Origin: Chiloscyllium plagiosum
Taxonomy: Eukaryota
NCBI RefSeq assembly: GCF_004010195.1
Contig: NC_057718.1
Location: 43,461,970 to 43,525,969, forward strand
Reading direction: 5' to 3'
DNA: 64,000 bases
The stretch's first letter is position 1; each line of letters starts with the position of its first letter. Shown here one piece after another: positions 13,781 to 27,701 of the stretch. A program made the translations under genes and the position numbers. The notes under the pieces are model-generated. The model was given only the letters and a program-made list of their open reading frames with translations, did not search any database and was not told the origin of the DNA.

Positions 13781-16731
13781 GTAACATTATGTCATAATCT
13801 ATCCCAAAAGTTTTTCATTCAGAATGAAACATAATCATTCACTGTTAGTTTGTTATGAGCTTGTTGAATACCCTGTTTCTGCATAAAGCATTGGTAGAAT
13901 CAGTTAAGACTGGTCTTCTTGAAATAGGATTGTCTCTAAAGGGTACTGGAGGTCATTAGCTTTGACACAGTAGCTAATACTGCTACAGATCTGAAATGTT
14001 ACAAATTGTTTCAAATGAAGTCTGTTCTTTGTGGTTTAAATCAATCTAAAGAACTGAACTGGTACATTATTATCCAGTTGCAACTTGTCTGGTTGGTTAC
14101 AAGCCATTTAAGAATTGTCCTTTAATGGGCTATTATCCGTTGTCTCTAGGGATTAAACACAGACTCTGTAAACTAGCAAGTATCAGAGACTTCCACTTAC
14201 TACAGTATTAGTGCTTTGAGGTCATCAATAGTATCTCTGTGATTAAAATATAAATAAATGAGCATGCTACTTTCATTTATGCATAATTGTGTGTCCACCC
14301 AGAAATAATTGCACCCGGATAGATATGAAAGTGTGCACGTTGCTAATGATTCTAGATCATTTCAAATGGAGAGATGAGTGTGGAGATAGAAATACAAAAG
14401 GAACAGGTCATTTCATCTTTCAATCAATGTTGTGTATATAATGTGACACTGCCACTGTACTGGGTACATCACGGTTTGTAAGGTTTGGCTGGATACCTTC
14501 CTGTCTCCTCCATCAGCATTGGGTATGAAAGGAAGCAGACTAAATGTGGTCTGTTTGGCATAGCAGAAGTAGCCAGATACCTAGCAAACCAACAGGGCTA
14601 GTTACATGTGCTAAGAGTAACATACTATAGAGAAAGCTAAGCGATCTCACAGCAAAACTCTCTGCCCCCTACTTGATCCAGTTCAGCATGAAGGTGGACA
14701 ATATAACAGAAAGCATAAGTGCTAATGATATGCCCATCTCAACTTTGGAAGAAGCATGCATATAAATGCAAGAGACTAATCTGAAGTGTTTGCAAACATT
14801 TGCAGCCAAAATTAGATGATACCACTCAATATTCTCCTTTCATCATTATATGTGGTAGGATCCTGCTAGTTAACTCCTTCAGGAAACAGTGAAGGCTATG
14901 GGCCTATGTGCATTGAAACTAGCTCCCCTACTCATCAAGTTGTTGTATTATGATATTTGAACCTGCATAAATTTTGCGACATTAATTTTTTTTGATGAAA
15001 AGCATTTATTTGATACTTTCATCAAAAAGTTAAATGCATAGAATAAGTTGCAGCATTGATTTGGAAAGAGGATAATATAAATGACAAAGTGATTCATTTA
15101 CTATGCTGTAATTTTGTGATTTGCTGAAGAGCCCAGTTCTTAAAAGCCACTCCTTGTACAGGTACTGCAGATACAATTCACATGGTGAAATGGTGAAAGT
15201 CTGCTTGCATTGACATTGGAATCCAATGCACTTTCCTCTTTATCCTCTTTTTTTCTTTCTCTTCCTTTATCATCTTTCCAAGCTTTTTGGATGCTTGATT
15301 TAGCAGAGGCCCCCAATTTGGCTTGTTATTAAATACATTTTGTAAACATTTTTGAACCTGAAAATAGGTTGAAGCACTCGCAGGTTCTTCATACAGGAAA
15401 TCCATTGGTACATTGCACCTTTCGTCAATTGTAGAGTGCCAAGCCATTAGTCTCATCTATATTTGGAAAGCATTATAAGAATTAACAACTTAGTTTTGAA
15501 AAATCTTTGACTTTCTATTTTTATTCCAGCGGTAACAGTATTTGTGGAAAGACTTTCCGTTTTCTCTGTTGCCTGTTAGTTTCCTCTTATACATGCTGTA
15601 CATGGTCCAGATCTCACTGCAGTGTGCTCAAATACATGCTTTGTAGGCCCATATCCTGGTATTCAACATTAATTTCCTATTATCAGATATGCTTAATTAA
15701 CCAGGCAAATAGGGAAGCTGCTTTTCAAATGTGAGATTTTATCTTGTCATCTGGAGACCAGCTATCTATTTTTATGATCTTAAGTACCACTTCTAGTTAC
15801 TGTATAATGTGGATACTCCTTAAACACCATTTCTTGCTCCAAGCTTTCTTGTATTCAAATATTTTAAACTCATGACAAGTTGTTGTTGAAAGCCAAACAT
15901 ATGGTCTAGAAACCGATGAGCCAAAAATAGAGGTCCTTTTGTTCCGTCTTGAGCACCTTAGCATAACATACCATCTGGAAATGAAAACTTAGAACAAGTA
16001 ATCCAATTGGAATACATTGAAGCAGAATTGACAAGTGCTAATGATACCCCAGAGTATATTAGGATTCGATTAGTAATGCCAATTCATTTTTTCAGTGGAA
16101 TATTGAAAATGTAGAAAGTGGTAACCTTAGCCAGAAATGAAACTTTTTGAAGATTAGTTAGACTCTTGATACTTCAGATATTTAGTGAAAAAACCTTCAA
16201 GAATACAATTTTGTGAAATTCTTAGAATATTAAATACATGCATTGTAGCTATAACAAAATATTCTGCACTCAGTCTCATTTTCACAAATGCTTCCAACTC
16301 TTGGTTTTCTTTGAAGGCCGTACCTCCTAAGTGGCAGCTAATTCTACAGAAATACATCAAAAGAAACTATTGTGAACCAAGTGACAAAGATTACCGGGTG
16401 GTTTATACCTTGGTGATTTATGCCAATGCCTATCAATACTATAATAGGATTATTAGACTGACAACTATTGCAAGAATCAATAACTGTAGGTGATGATTTC
16501 TTCTGTGTTGCATGAAACAGCAAAATCACGAATGACCTGATGAGCATGCTCCTTGTAAAAGTAGGTAGACAAGGTAGGCTTGAGCAGTTGAATTTGGTTA
16601 TTGCTGTGCATTTTATACAGTACATATCAATAGCACACCATTGTGAAGTGTTAACCTTAATTGTTTTGAACTTTTGGGGTATCAATAATTTAAAGATTTT
16701 AAAAGGAAAAATTTTGTAATTGAAATTATAG

Positions 16732-17125
16732 GGGAAGTGATGATGTAGTCACAATATTACTGGACTACAATTTAGAATACCAAGCTAATGTCCTGGGGAC
16801 ATGCATTCAAGTCCCGGCATGTTAGATGATGAAACTTGGATTTAAGTTAGGAAAGAAAAAGCTGGAGTTAAAAAAGCCATCCCCATGGTGACTATGCAAC
16901 AATTGTCATTCATTCTAAAAGCCTACTTGGTTCACTAATGCACTCTAGGGAAGGAAACCTGACATCCTTACCTGGTTTGGCCTACATGTGAATCCAGATG
17001 CACAGCATTGTGTTTGACTTAACTGCTCTCTGAAATGGATTAGCAAGCCATACAGTTCAAGAGCAATTTAGCGACGAATAACAAGTGATGGTCTTGCCAG
17101 TGATATGCCATGAAAGTATCAAAAA
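16732..17125 (+). mobile_element. tRNA-derived SINE (same family as 34190, 48482, 53962)
   Basis: tRNA-like head and shared core ggttcactaatg...tagggaaggaaa..cttacctggt.tggcctacatgtga.tccaga. Confidence 0.75.
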
Positions 17126-18319
17126 ACATAAATCATTAGTGTGCTAAGTTAATATTTTTGCAGGTGTGGTTTGATCTGGAGCATGTTTAGTAGCAACAAA
17201 GTCTCTGAAATATATTGAAACAAAGAAAAATAATAACTTATAAAAGCTCTGAAGAATGAAAGAAGAAAGGTGAAGAGAAAAGAATGGTTTAATAAGTAGA
17301 ATTCATGATTAATTTCTTAAAAATCACCTTTATATTCTGCATGTGTATGCATGTGTTTTATTTTAAAAGAAAATTCAAGTTGGAACTTATCATCAGATCA
17401 CTAGACATGAGAAGAATTAGCAATGAACACACATATATAGAGTTGGAAATAAGGGAGGAGTCCAAACAGATAAACGTTTAAAAAAATACATGTGGATCAG
17501 TTTCTGAATTGTGTTCACCTACCAATGTCAACAATACCAGTAACCTCCACTGCAACAGTTGCAGCTGTTTTAGTCGAGGCTACTGGTAGCATTGCTGTTG
17601 GTAATTGAATAGTCATTTTTTTGGAAATTCTTAGTTTGGTAGGCTGATTGAAGTTCTTTTCTTCCGATTCTTTATTAAAATCGGGTTTATAGCACTCAAA
17701 GTGAGGTAGTGTCTATGTCTACCTGCAACATAGGTGTAACCAAGGGATAGTTCTTTCACTGTCACCTACATAGCTTGCTAATTTTCAAACCTGGGTTGAT
17801 ATGTATATATAAAAGAGTATTCAGTCTCATTAGTCCACTCAGAGTTGAAACTGGATTTTTATTTCCAGTACTTGTGTATTCTTCCAAGGGAAAAGCACAA
17901 AATGCTGCATTTTGGGGCATAATCTACAAGGTGATTATTTACTCTTGAACAGGATGTTGTCAACCCTTTTCTATCTTTATTGCTACAGGGAATCACCATC
18001 CAGTCTTTTTGAAGTTTCTTTGACACTTTAGGTGATACATTTAATCTGTCTCTCTCTCTCTCCCTCTCTCTTTCTTTTTCTCCATCTCTCTAGACAGCCA
18101 CTTAATTTACATCCACAGATATCTTTGGTTGTGCTATCCTGTTTTGAAAAGTGCCCTTTGGAATTGCAAGTTAAAAATATCCACAGCACTTTGGGGTTCT
18201 CATGAATGATAACGACACAAAGCATAGAAAGAAAAAAGCAAAAAAAATGCAATAACTGCCAAAAACCTGGTTAGCCCATAGCTAGACTACTGCCCACAAT
18301 TCTGAATGTTAATTTACAG

Positions 18320-18690
18320 GATGGTTGTGATTATAGTGGAGAGGGTGCAGAGGAGATTCATGAGAGTGTAGCTACCAAAGGAGAATTTGAGCTTTGAGGT
18401 AGGATTGGATAGGTTGAGTTGTTTGGGAGAATTGAAATGTACAAAATCACAAAGAGCCCAGTAGACTGCATGGAAAGGAACCATTTCCCCTGGCAGAGAA
18501 GTCAGTAACTAAGGGGCATAAATTTAAGTAATTGACAGAAGGATTAGAGATGAAGTGAGAATATTTTCACCCTGAGGGTTGTCGTGGTCTGGAACTTTTG
18601 CCTGAAGGATTGGTAGAAATAAAAACCCTCAAGATATTTAAGTACTGAAATTTTCACTTGAAGTTCTGCAACTTGAAAATGATGGGCTCA
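18320..18690 (+). mobile_element. Old CR1 3' fragment
   Basis: ggagagggtgcagaggagattca (ERVQRRF), taaggggcataaatttaag, ttttcaccctgagggttgtcgtggtctggaac. Confidence 0.7.
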
Positions 18691-20854
18691 GACTATTTCT
18701 GATTTCCTGAAAATGTTTAAACCTCGATGGTGCCTTGCATTATAAACCATCAGCCTTTACTTTGGTGGTTCAGTTAAAAAAAAAGACAAGTCTATTTAAA
18801 AGTGAACAAGGACTTTATTGCAAGTGTAATGAATATGGAACAGTCAACTACATTGAATAAACTATACAATTTTCTACTTGTGTGTTATAATTGCAAATGA
18901 TTAAAGTAAGCATGATTTCAGATATGTTACAAATGGTTATGACAATTGTAGTAATAAGTAAGTGTGCTCTTTATCCCCATTGCTTAATGATTTCCATCTG
19001 AATTTGTAACTGCTTCATAGACAAGTGAATTGTGGCCACTTCTACAGGTTTTTGTCATTAATCTTATATTCATCCTGCTAAATACTGCTATCATAATTCT
19101 CTGTGATAAATCTAAAGCATTACTGCAATTAAGAGGCTAGATCATAAATGTGTCTGACAAAATAGGCTCAGACGTTGTCCCACCCAAGCTCAAGTTATTA
19201 AGAGGGAAGGTTGACCACCCATGCTATAATTTTGAAAGTTTTCCTAGACTGACAACATGGTAGTTTATCTTGGTGTCCCACAGGACAGATTTCCACAGGG
19301 GTTCTCCCACTGTCATAATGTAGTGGAATTGATACTGAAACCTCAGAAACTAAGTGTAATTACCGATTTTCCTACTTCTCCTTGGTTTTTACGGTTCTTC
19401 CTTATGGCTACAGAGACAAACGGGAGAAACTCTGCAAAATTTTATTTCAGGTTCAATCATTAGGTGTTAAGGAAGGGCAGAATTCAAAATTAGAACCCAG
19501 CATTTCAACTAGACACCAATAGGATTGAAACTTGAAGTAACCCTTCTGGCTTGTTTCCAATTGTAAATTGATGAACAACTCAATGTTGTCCCTATTATCC
19601 CTCTCCTTGATTTCCAGGATAGTGTTAAAATTATGAATGCACTTATTATATGTATGTGTTGGATTTAGTGGGCTTGACAGGGGTTTGTGAACTGATGACG
19701 AATCTACCAGTTCTGTGGTAGGTGGGGGGGTGCTGACTGAATTAAAGCCACTGCCAAATCCAACACAGTTCATAGGACAGCACTTGGGAGTGCAAGGGAG
19801 TGAGTGGATTCTATTCAGTGCCTGAGCCAGCACTAAATTACATCGCAATTAGGGATAACCAAAATCAATTGGCTCATTTAAGCACCTAAATGATATCACA
19901 CTGCTAGTTAATGGTTCTTGCATCAAACTCTCCCATTCTGCAACCTTAATTGAGGAAGCTTTCCTGAGGTTGGAAGTATAACCTGGGTAGTTCTGCCAAA
20001 TTCTGCCACATTGCTATTATCATGCCCTCTCCAATGGGTTCAATTCAGTACAGCCTTTAGTCTGAAAGGAAATGCTATTATGAACTTGCAGTTCACATTC
20101 GATTGTTGAAACTGTCATGGCTAGAGGGCATGAAGAGAAATCCCAAAGAAAACTATTCTCTTCTATGGTTTCATGCTTAAATTATATTTCTTTTAGAAAT
20201 GGACAATCTTGCTGAACTCTTAAAATAGCTGAGGCTAATCATACGATCTTATTTCCAGATGTTTCTGAACCACCTGCATTGTATTGTTATTCCAGCTAAA
20301 GCTGATGCAGAGGGCTTTGAGATGGGCATCTGCCTCCAGGCAGCTGGGGGAAACAAAACATCTAAACCCATTGTATCAAAGTGGCCACTTACACTTTTGC
20401 AGTTTTGCCTTAAACTTATGATGGAATCTCTGATGGAACAGGTAAAGCTACATTATTAGCATAAAGACTCTCCAATGAACCCTCTGAAATGGGCCATCAG
20501 CACCACAAATGCTTGTCTTTGAACACAGGACTGAAATTCAAGCTTGATAATGTGCTAACTATACAATGATCCTAATTCAATTGATATCTAGACAAAAAGA
20601 AAGACCTGGGCTGAGTTGGCAGCCTTCCTCAGAATCTCCAGTTCTGTTTCCAAGCTGTTGGCAGGAAAAAGGCTTACACTTTGCCAACAAGAAGGAAAAC
20701 TACTGAATCCAGCTGAATGAAGAACCCGGTATTAGATACTGGTCACCAGGAAGCTATAATTCAAGTGAATTAACTTTTTAAGTACATTTGGATTCATCAA
20801 ATTTATGATTTATGATCTATCTACTCACATTCCGATCTTATTTTGTTTTCCTGA

Positions 20855-21130
20855 ATCATAGAATTCCCACAGCGCAAATAGAGGCCATTCAGCCCATCAT
20901 GTCTGCATCAACGTTTGAAAGGCATCCCACCCAGGCCCACCCTATCCTTGTAATCCCACGGTTAATCCACCTAGCCTTCACATCTTTGGACTGTAGGATG
21001 AAACTGGAGCAGATCCACACAAAACAAATGGAGAGAATGTGCAAATTCAGCACTGATAATTTTCCAGTGTTGGAATCAAACCCTAGTCCCTCGTGCTGTG
21101 AGGCAGCAGTGCTAACCACTGTGCCATTTT
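20855..21130 (-). mobile_element. HE1/V-SINE-like tRNA-derived SINE
   Basis: rc: tggcacagtggttagcactgctgcctcacagc...gggtttgattcca...gaatttgcacattctctcc...aaagatgtg; CR1-like tail; matches 49857-50152. Confidence 0.85.
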
Positions 21131-21139
21131 GTCACCCAT

Positions 21140-21268
21140 AAAGCTTGTGCACTTGGCATTTCCAATCAGTCTCCCGTGCAAGAACTAACCAGGCCCGTGT
21201 CTGCTTCGCTTCTGGAATCAGACAAGAACCAGGCTTGTTTTTTTGTCAGACTTAGTATGGCCATAGGC
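21140..21268 (-). pseudogene. 5S rRNA pseudogene, copy A
   Basis: rc: gcctatggccatact...ttgtctgattccagaagcgaagcagacacgggcctggttagttcttgcacgggagactgattggaaatgccaagtgcacaagcttt aligns end to end with vertebrate 5S; many substitutions and an A-run expansion. Confidence 0.85.
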
Positions 21269-22270
21269 TTGCATTGTGAATGAAGTAGCAAAACAATTAA
21301 CCCATGTAATGAATATTTAGGTAATAAATCCAATGTTTTATTTCATCTGAAGAATCTTTTGTTGTAGGTTTGTTTCAAAAATTGGAATCCGAAAACCAGG
21401 ATTTGATGGATACATTTTGTCTTACTTCAGTGAAGAATGGGAGTTAAAGTGGAAGTGAGTAAATCAAACAGTGTCTTGCTGCCTACGGCTTAAGAGGGGA
21501 AAAACATCCATTATTTAAATTAAGGAGCAAAATACTGCAGGTGCTGGAATCAGCACTGAAAACAAAAAAAAATGTGAAAAATCACAGCATATCAGGAAGC
21601 ATCCACAGAGAGAGAGCAAGGTCATTTTTTGAATATAGATGACTCTTCATCAGTGTTGACGTTAAGTGGTCTCCTCCAAAAAAAACCAAAGCGCACATCA
21701 TACCTTTGACAAAGTAAGATTTTGCTGAAATCCAAGTAAACTATATCAACTTCATGGCCCTCGTCTATACACCTGGGTTAGAATAGTGCAGTTTCCCATT
21801 CAGTAAAATAGTTCGTTGAAAAGCAGGTTAGTTAATAAAACATTATTGAAATAAATCAGAAAAAGACACGAAATATGACAGTACAATATTTTTTCACCAT
21901 AACATTATGGGTAGACGCCCAAATTCAAGCTTGTTAAATTGCTTAACTATACAATGATCTTAAATCGATTGATGTCCAGAGGAAGAGAAAGACTCTGGGC
22001 AGTCTTGCTCAGAATCTCCATTTCTGTTTCCAAGGTTTTGGCAGGAAAAATGCTTACACTTTGCCAACAAGAAGGAAAACTATTAAATCCAGCTGAATGA
22101 GGAACCCAGCAGTGGACGCTGGTTGCCAGGAAGCTATAATTCAAGTGGATTCACAGAAATGGGGAGAATGTGCAAATTCAACACAGACAGTTTCCCAAGG
22201 CTAGAATCTAACACCAGTCTCTAGTGCTTTGAGGCAGCAGTGCTAACCACTGTGCCATCTTGTCACCCAT

Positions 22271-22398
22271 AAAGCCTACTGCATCTGGTATTCCCAGGCA
22301 GACTCCCATCCAAGAAGTAACCAGGCCTGTGTCTGCTCTGCTTCTGAGATCAGACAAGAATCAGTCTTTTTTTTTGTCAGGTTAGTATGGCCACAGAC
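22271..22398 (-). pseudogene. 5S rRNA pseudogene, copy B
   Basis: rc: gtctgtggccatactaacctgac(a)9gactgattcttgtctgatctcagaagcagagcagacacaggcctggttacttcttggatgggagtctgcctgggaataccagatgcagtaggcttt; A and C boxes recognisable, CpG-decayed. Confidence 0.9.
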
Positions 22399-22749
22399 TT
22401 GCATTGTGAATGGAGCATCCCACCCTGACCCATTTTATCCATGCAACCCTGAATAGACCTGCACAAAGTGAGTAGGCCGGTTAAAGGTTACAAACCTTTA
22501 CAGTTGGAACAGGCTTTGCCATGGTGATTTATCTACATTCCTGCATTTTTATTTTCACAACCAGTCAGGAAAAGTGGGCAGAATGACACACTGAATCTAT
22601 CATTAAAAGAATTTCTCATTGAAGGGAGGGTGAAAAATACATTGATTTCTGAGGCTGCAGTAACCACTGGAAATGAAAGGAAATGAGGGAACTTAGTTCC
22701 CTGGGTTTTAGACCTTTTCGTCCTGCTGCAAGATCTATTAGATTGAAGT

Positions 22750-22880
22750 GAGGTGATGTTTACTAAGGAGGAGGAGGAGTAGATGGGAGCAGCTGAGGGA
22801 GTGAGCAGCAGGTGTGCAGTCCCTCAGATCTGGAGACAGTGAAGTCCAGAAATAGAACCTCAGTGGGTAGGCAAGGTGAA
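22750..22880 (+). mobile_element. Harbinger-type Myb/SANT-like ORF remnant
   Basis: AAEGVSSRCAVPQIWRQ* followed by aag|gtgaat, similar to the VAE.VS...V.RTW.QC motif. Confidence 0.35.
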
Positions 22881-23737
22881 TAATGTTATATGTTCAAGAG
22901 CCAAGCCTCCACATACTGACTTCCTCAGCAACCTCCTGTACAACATTCCTCACACTAATATACCTGCAGGTCCACTCATCCCTCTCTCTTCAGAGATGTC
23001 CTCACGTCCCCTTTTCAACAGTTGAAACTTGCACTCAACCATATTTTAGTATCAATTCATCTGTGCCTCAAGGCCCCTCCCCTTTATAAGTACTGTTTTC
23101 CTTTTTTCCACACAATCTATTTTACAATTCACCATTTTATCTCCTTACAGTTCAGAGTACAGATCTCCAAGAAGAAGCAAAGCATCTGTGGAGTTCAGGA
23201 ATGTCTCCAGTGATAGTCATCTTGAAGGGCACAGGCAGAGTGTGTCTTTCTGTTTGAATGGGAAGGAGCTCTTGTTACAGGAGACTACGAGTGTCAGCAG
23301 CAAACTGTAAGGAAAGCCTGAGCACCGGTGCTCAGAAATATTGGGAGAAATACCTCTCTGCTTTTAGATCCTGCGAGACGTATCCTCCTTTGATCAGATC
23401 TCTGTGTCCGTCCCCTCTGTCCTGTGGAGCAGTATGTGTTGGCAACAAGGCACATAGTGCTTCTGCTGGTGTTGTTTCTGTTGCTATTGATATTGCTAAG
23501 GATGCTTCTCTTGTTTCTCATCCAAAGTTAATATTCAATTTCCTCTGGTTTCTCCATGCTTTGCTGATAGTAGGAAAAGTCAGATCAAGGTGACCAAATT
23601 CTAAGTGGACTAACAACAAAGAAGTTGGAAATCATCTGTAAAGCAGTAAGGACACTGAAGTACTGTGCATGCCTCACTGCTAGGCATGAGTGCAGCTATT
23701 CAGTTTCACTAAAGACTTCTCTATAATTTTATTATAG

Positions 23738-23786
23738 TGAGCCTTGTTGTGTTCTTACTTGGTTTACCCTGGTGTGTTGCAGACAG
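23738..23786 (+). CDS. Candidate 49-nt exon (xSLVVFLLGLPWCVADx or xEPCCVLTWFTLVCCRQ)
   Basis: Acceptor ctctataattttattatag, consensus donor CAG|gtaaga; open in two frames; unique flanks. Confidence 0.3.
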
Positions 23787-25399
23787 GTAAGAAAACTTGA
23801 GTGCTGGCTGTCGGAATGCAGTGTTAAATTCAAAATTAATTGTTTGTTCTATATTAGAATAGGCTTTCCCTGCTCACCTGCAAACCTGCCCTGGTTAGAT
23901 ATGAATGTGGGTGGGATCATATTGCAGTCTCTCTCTCTCTCACTCTCTCACACACACCAATCTCACCTCCATGAAGCCATTTAAAGTTTTTTTCCAATCT
24001 GCACAGCATATATTAACTAGTATTTCATTTAACCATTAGAAAACGTATTTGTCTACATCTTTCTCAATGTTGGTTCTTTCATATTGATTAACTTGTAACA
24101 AATATTTTGTAGACATCTGTATTTAAAAAAAAAACTGTTGAAGCTTGCAGGCTTAATCAATCAGCAAAAAAATCCCAAAGCTTAGTCTTGTAAAAATTAA
24201 TTTTTGCGCAACATGTGCAATTGCAGGATACAAATCTGTCTTTTAATAATAATTAACACTTCTTGCATTCTGCTTTATGTGAAGTTATACATTTTCAGTT
24301 ACAATTCATGTAAATTATGAGAGTGAATAAATGTATGAATGAGGGCTGAAAACGCAGAATGCTATGATACATTGCATAACAGATTGCACAACAGATTGTG
24401 ACTTGTGTTTTGCACACTGGATAGAAGCAATCTGCCTAGAACAGCCAAAGAATATGAATTAGTGAGATATACAACTCAAGATGTTCCAATTTTATCTTGT
24501 AAGCTTACACTGTAAATATTATAAAGCTTACAACATTCATTAGGTGTCAGAAAAATAGGAGCATTAGTAGAGCAATAATTTGTAAGCTGAAATGGCTTTA
24601 TTCACACACCCTGGTGGAAAAGCAGGGTTTTTTTGTTAAAATGCCATGTGAAATAAAGTGGAACATTGTGGATGACCCATTAACAGCAGAATATACCCAC
24701 AGTGAGAAATCATCACTATTATTTTCTTCTGAGAAAAGCTCACTGAGTGAGCTGGACACTGAGCGGAATCTACAATATTCAGTGAGTACAGAAATGTTGA
24801 ATAGCCCAGATAATATCGTGCTGAAGACTATACAAAGGCAGGAAGTTAAAATTATTTGATTGCTATAGAGGTTATTAATATTGATACTTGCCTGCTCCTT
24901 AAAGTATATGAATAGCTTTTAAAACGTCAATGTATCCACAAATAGTGATGAGTCAAAACAGCAACATACATTGAAAACACATGTTAATAAAAGATTTGGA
25001 AACAGAAATAGCTGGAAAAGGTCAACAGGTTTGGCAGCAGGTGTGGAGAGAAATCAGAGTTTGGGTTTTGGGTCCAGTGGCCCTTCCTCAGGATTCCTCA
25101 GAACATAGTGTTAGAAAAGATTATTGCTTTAACATCATCGAATGAGTTTAAATATTCTAATCCTTTGGATTTGAGAATGTTTGAGTATTTTGGGATAAGA
25201 TTTTGCAATGCAGTTTGTGCTTGAAATTTCTTGAGGATTTTATAAGCCTTTCATCATAACTACAGCAGGAGATTGACCTAAGATTTGGAGAAATAATGAA
25301 AGTGTGGTTGCACCAAATGTATGGAATTTACTCCAGGATGGTCAGGGGTGGTGTTGTGGGGGTGGGGGTTGTGGTGTGTAATGTAGTTTATTTTAAGAA

Positions 25400-26340
25400 A
25401 CATAGGAACAAAAGAGTAGGAATTGGTCACCCAGACCCTCAAATCAGCCCTACCGTTTTAGATCATTGTGCAACATTTACCTTAATACTATATTCCGACA
25501 TGATACCCATATCCTCTGAGGTCATTAGTAATGAGAAATCTATCAGTATTTGTTTTGAACTTATCATGGGCTTCCACAGCTATTTGAGATAGAATTCTAA
25601 AGGTTCACCATCCTTAGACTTAAGAGGTTCTTCCCCATCTCAGTCCTAAATGGCTTGCCTTTTATCCTGAGATTGTGTCTCTTTGTTTGATACCCACATC
25701 CAAGGGAAACATCCTTTCTCCATGTATTCTGTGTATCCTTTAAGAATTTTGTATCTATGAAATCCCCTCTCATTCTTCTAAACTCCAGACTGTAGAGATC
25801 TAGCATCCTCAATCTCTCCTCAAAGAACAGTCCTACTATCCCAGGAATCAGTTTGGTGAATCTCCCTGCGCACCTGTACAATTGAAGCAAGACTTACTTG
25901 TTCCTGCGCACAAATTCGCTTTTTATTAAGATTAATATACTGTTTTCTATCCAAACGTTGCACCTGCATGCTAACTTTGAGCAACTTATGAAAAAGGATA
26001 CTTAGATATCCTTAGATATCCCAACACTTTCCAATCTCCCCTTATTTAAGAAATGGTTTGTAGTTTCATTCCTGCTACTAAACTGGAAACCTCACAGTTA
26101 TCTACAATATGTTTCATCTCTCATGTTTTTGCCCACACTCTCAGCTTGTCTAAATTCCCTTGAACTCAGTTTGCATTCTCCTCAAATCACATTCTCACAA
26201 AGTATTTATCATCTATAAACTTTGAAATATGATACTTTGTCCCGACATCAAAGTCATCGATCTAGCTTGTGCACAGCTGACTTAAACATTGATCTTTGTA
26301 TTTCTTATGGGTCACAGCATACCACCCTGAGATTAACTCA
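25400..26340 (-). mobile_element. CR1 LINE 3' fragment
   Basis: ORF 25597..25890: RFTKLIPG...LYSLEFRRMRGD...RIKGKPFRTEM...RMVNL; tail aagaaacataggaaca. Confidence 0.85.
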
Positions 26341-26347
26341 TCATTGT

Positions 26348-26403
26348 GGACCTTGCATATAATGGACCTAGCATATAAGGAAGGGACCTAGCATATAAGG
26401 AAA
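26348..26403. repeat. Short tandem repeat, three copies of ggacct(a/t)gcatataa
   Basis: Seen directly. Confidence 0.85.
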
Positions 26404-27701
26404 TACTGAGGCAAAATGAGGTGAATTTTTAACATGCCATAGAAATGAGGTTGGAGATGGAATAGTCAGGAAAGGGAAACACCATTGAAATGGGCTCCCC
26501 GATACTGTTCCAGCTCGAGCCAACTTTACCAAGACCATGCTGTCAGAGGAAACCTCTACTCTTGCAACCTCAGTGTCTTTGCTAAGAGCTTTCTTTGTGC
26601 CTTCCCTACTCCCAGTCTGACAGCTTGTGTTCCATAACTTCCAACTCCATAAGGCTTGGCAATTCACATTTTCCTGAGCAACCAGGGCGTGGTAGCTCAA
26701 CAACCAGCCCCTCCACTCCCACTCCAGCCCAGTGACTGAGTCTTCACCAGCCCCCACCCTATCCTGGCCACACAGGTCTCTCCTGCCTGGACATTGCCCC
26801 CTTGTTGGTGCCACTCACTTTCTTGCTTCTACTCCAATCAGAAACTACTTCTGTTCACATTTACTCCTGACAGGTTCACCAGTGGACCAAGGTTAACAGC
26901 GTCTTATTGAAGAAGCAGCTCCTCAGAGATTCCAACTTTTCCCTATGTGGGGATAACTTTCACCCATTATTCAACCAGTGATTTATTTTCCCTGATGGTT
27001 GCTGGGGTGAATTCACCTGCTGTCCCCATGCATTTTGAGTGCAGCATAGGTTGTCCCACAAGGTTGTGGGTTAAAGTGTAAGATTTGCTTATTTTACCTT
27101 CTTTCTCTGCCAGTACTCTGGGTTGCCATATTTGAACCATTGGTAGCATGCTCCTACCAGTCATTAAGGCCAACACTCCATTGCTTCTGTGAGAGTGTTA
27201 GAGAGTCCTTGAAGCATTTTGTTTGTCCTGGAATAGTGTTTCTGGAGCTGCACTGGAGTGCTTGGGGTACTGGCTTCAAAATAAATGCTAGCATTTGTCC
27301 AAATCTTCCTCGCTGATTTTTAATTAAACCAAATCTAGTGGTACAATGCAGAGCTTATTCAGATGTGGTCAATTAGCAATTCTATTGCTGAGTATTACCA
27401 GCTCAATTCCATTATCACAGAAAGTATTAGTTACATTCCTTTTATTTTGAAGTTTGACTTTTCCAATACCAAACTGGCCCCTTCCCAAATTATGCCCTTC
27501 AGCAATAATTTAGTCAAACATCAGTAAGTCCAGAATTTTAGCCTTAAGTTCCACTCCTCACAAAGCCTGAAAATTCATCATACCTGTTCTCATGAATCTC
27601 AGTGGGCTTCCTATCCTTCATGCCTCCTCACATCAAACGTGCTGCCATATAGTTGTCCTTGTATTCCAGTTGAAAACCCAAAAGATGGACATACAAACCC
27701 A

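Larger units (their letters stand above)
20534..22413 (+). repeat. Local imperfect direct duplication: copy A ~20534-21283, copy B ~21921-22413
   Basis: Collinear blocks such as gcttacactttgccaacaagaaggaaaacta, ccaggaagctataattcaagtg, gaggcagcagtgctaaccactgtgccat and cttgcattgtgaatg occur in both; copy B lacks ~20770-21025. Confidence 0.9.

Noticed and set aside
16154..16685. Overlapping 68-113 aa ORFs on both strands
   Set aside because: No motif recognised and no consistent splice donor/acceptor pair.
17515..17725. 65-codon minus-strand open frame (TLPHFECYKPDFNKE...)
   Set aside because: No in-phase acceptor with a pyrimidine tract and no recognised homology.
20259..20441. Possible 183-nt exon (tttccag|ATG...CAG|gtaaag)
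   Set aside because: Splice signals are plausible but the peptide is unrecognisable and it abuts a duplicated repeat block; too weak to list.
21140..22398. Functional 5S rRNA genes
   Set aside because: CpG decay, A-run insertions and divergence between copies disrupt the helices; called pseudogenes.
26368..26814. 148-aa minus-strand ORF
   Set aside because: No recognisable domain, ends in a tandem repeat, probably decayed repeat sequence.
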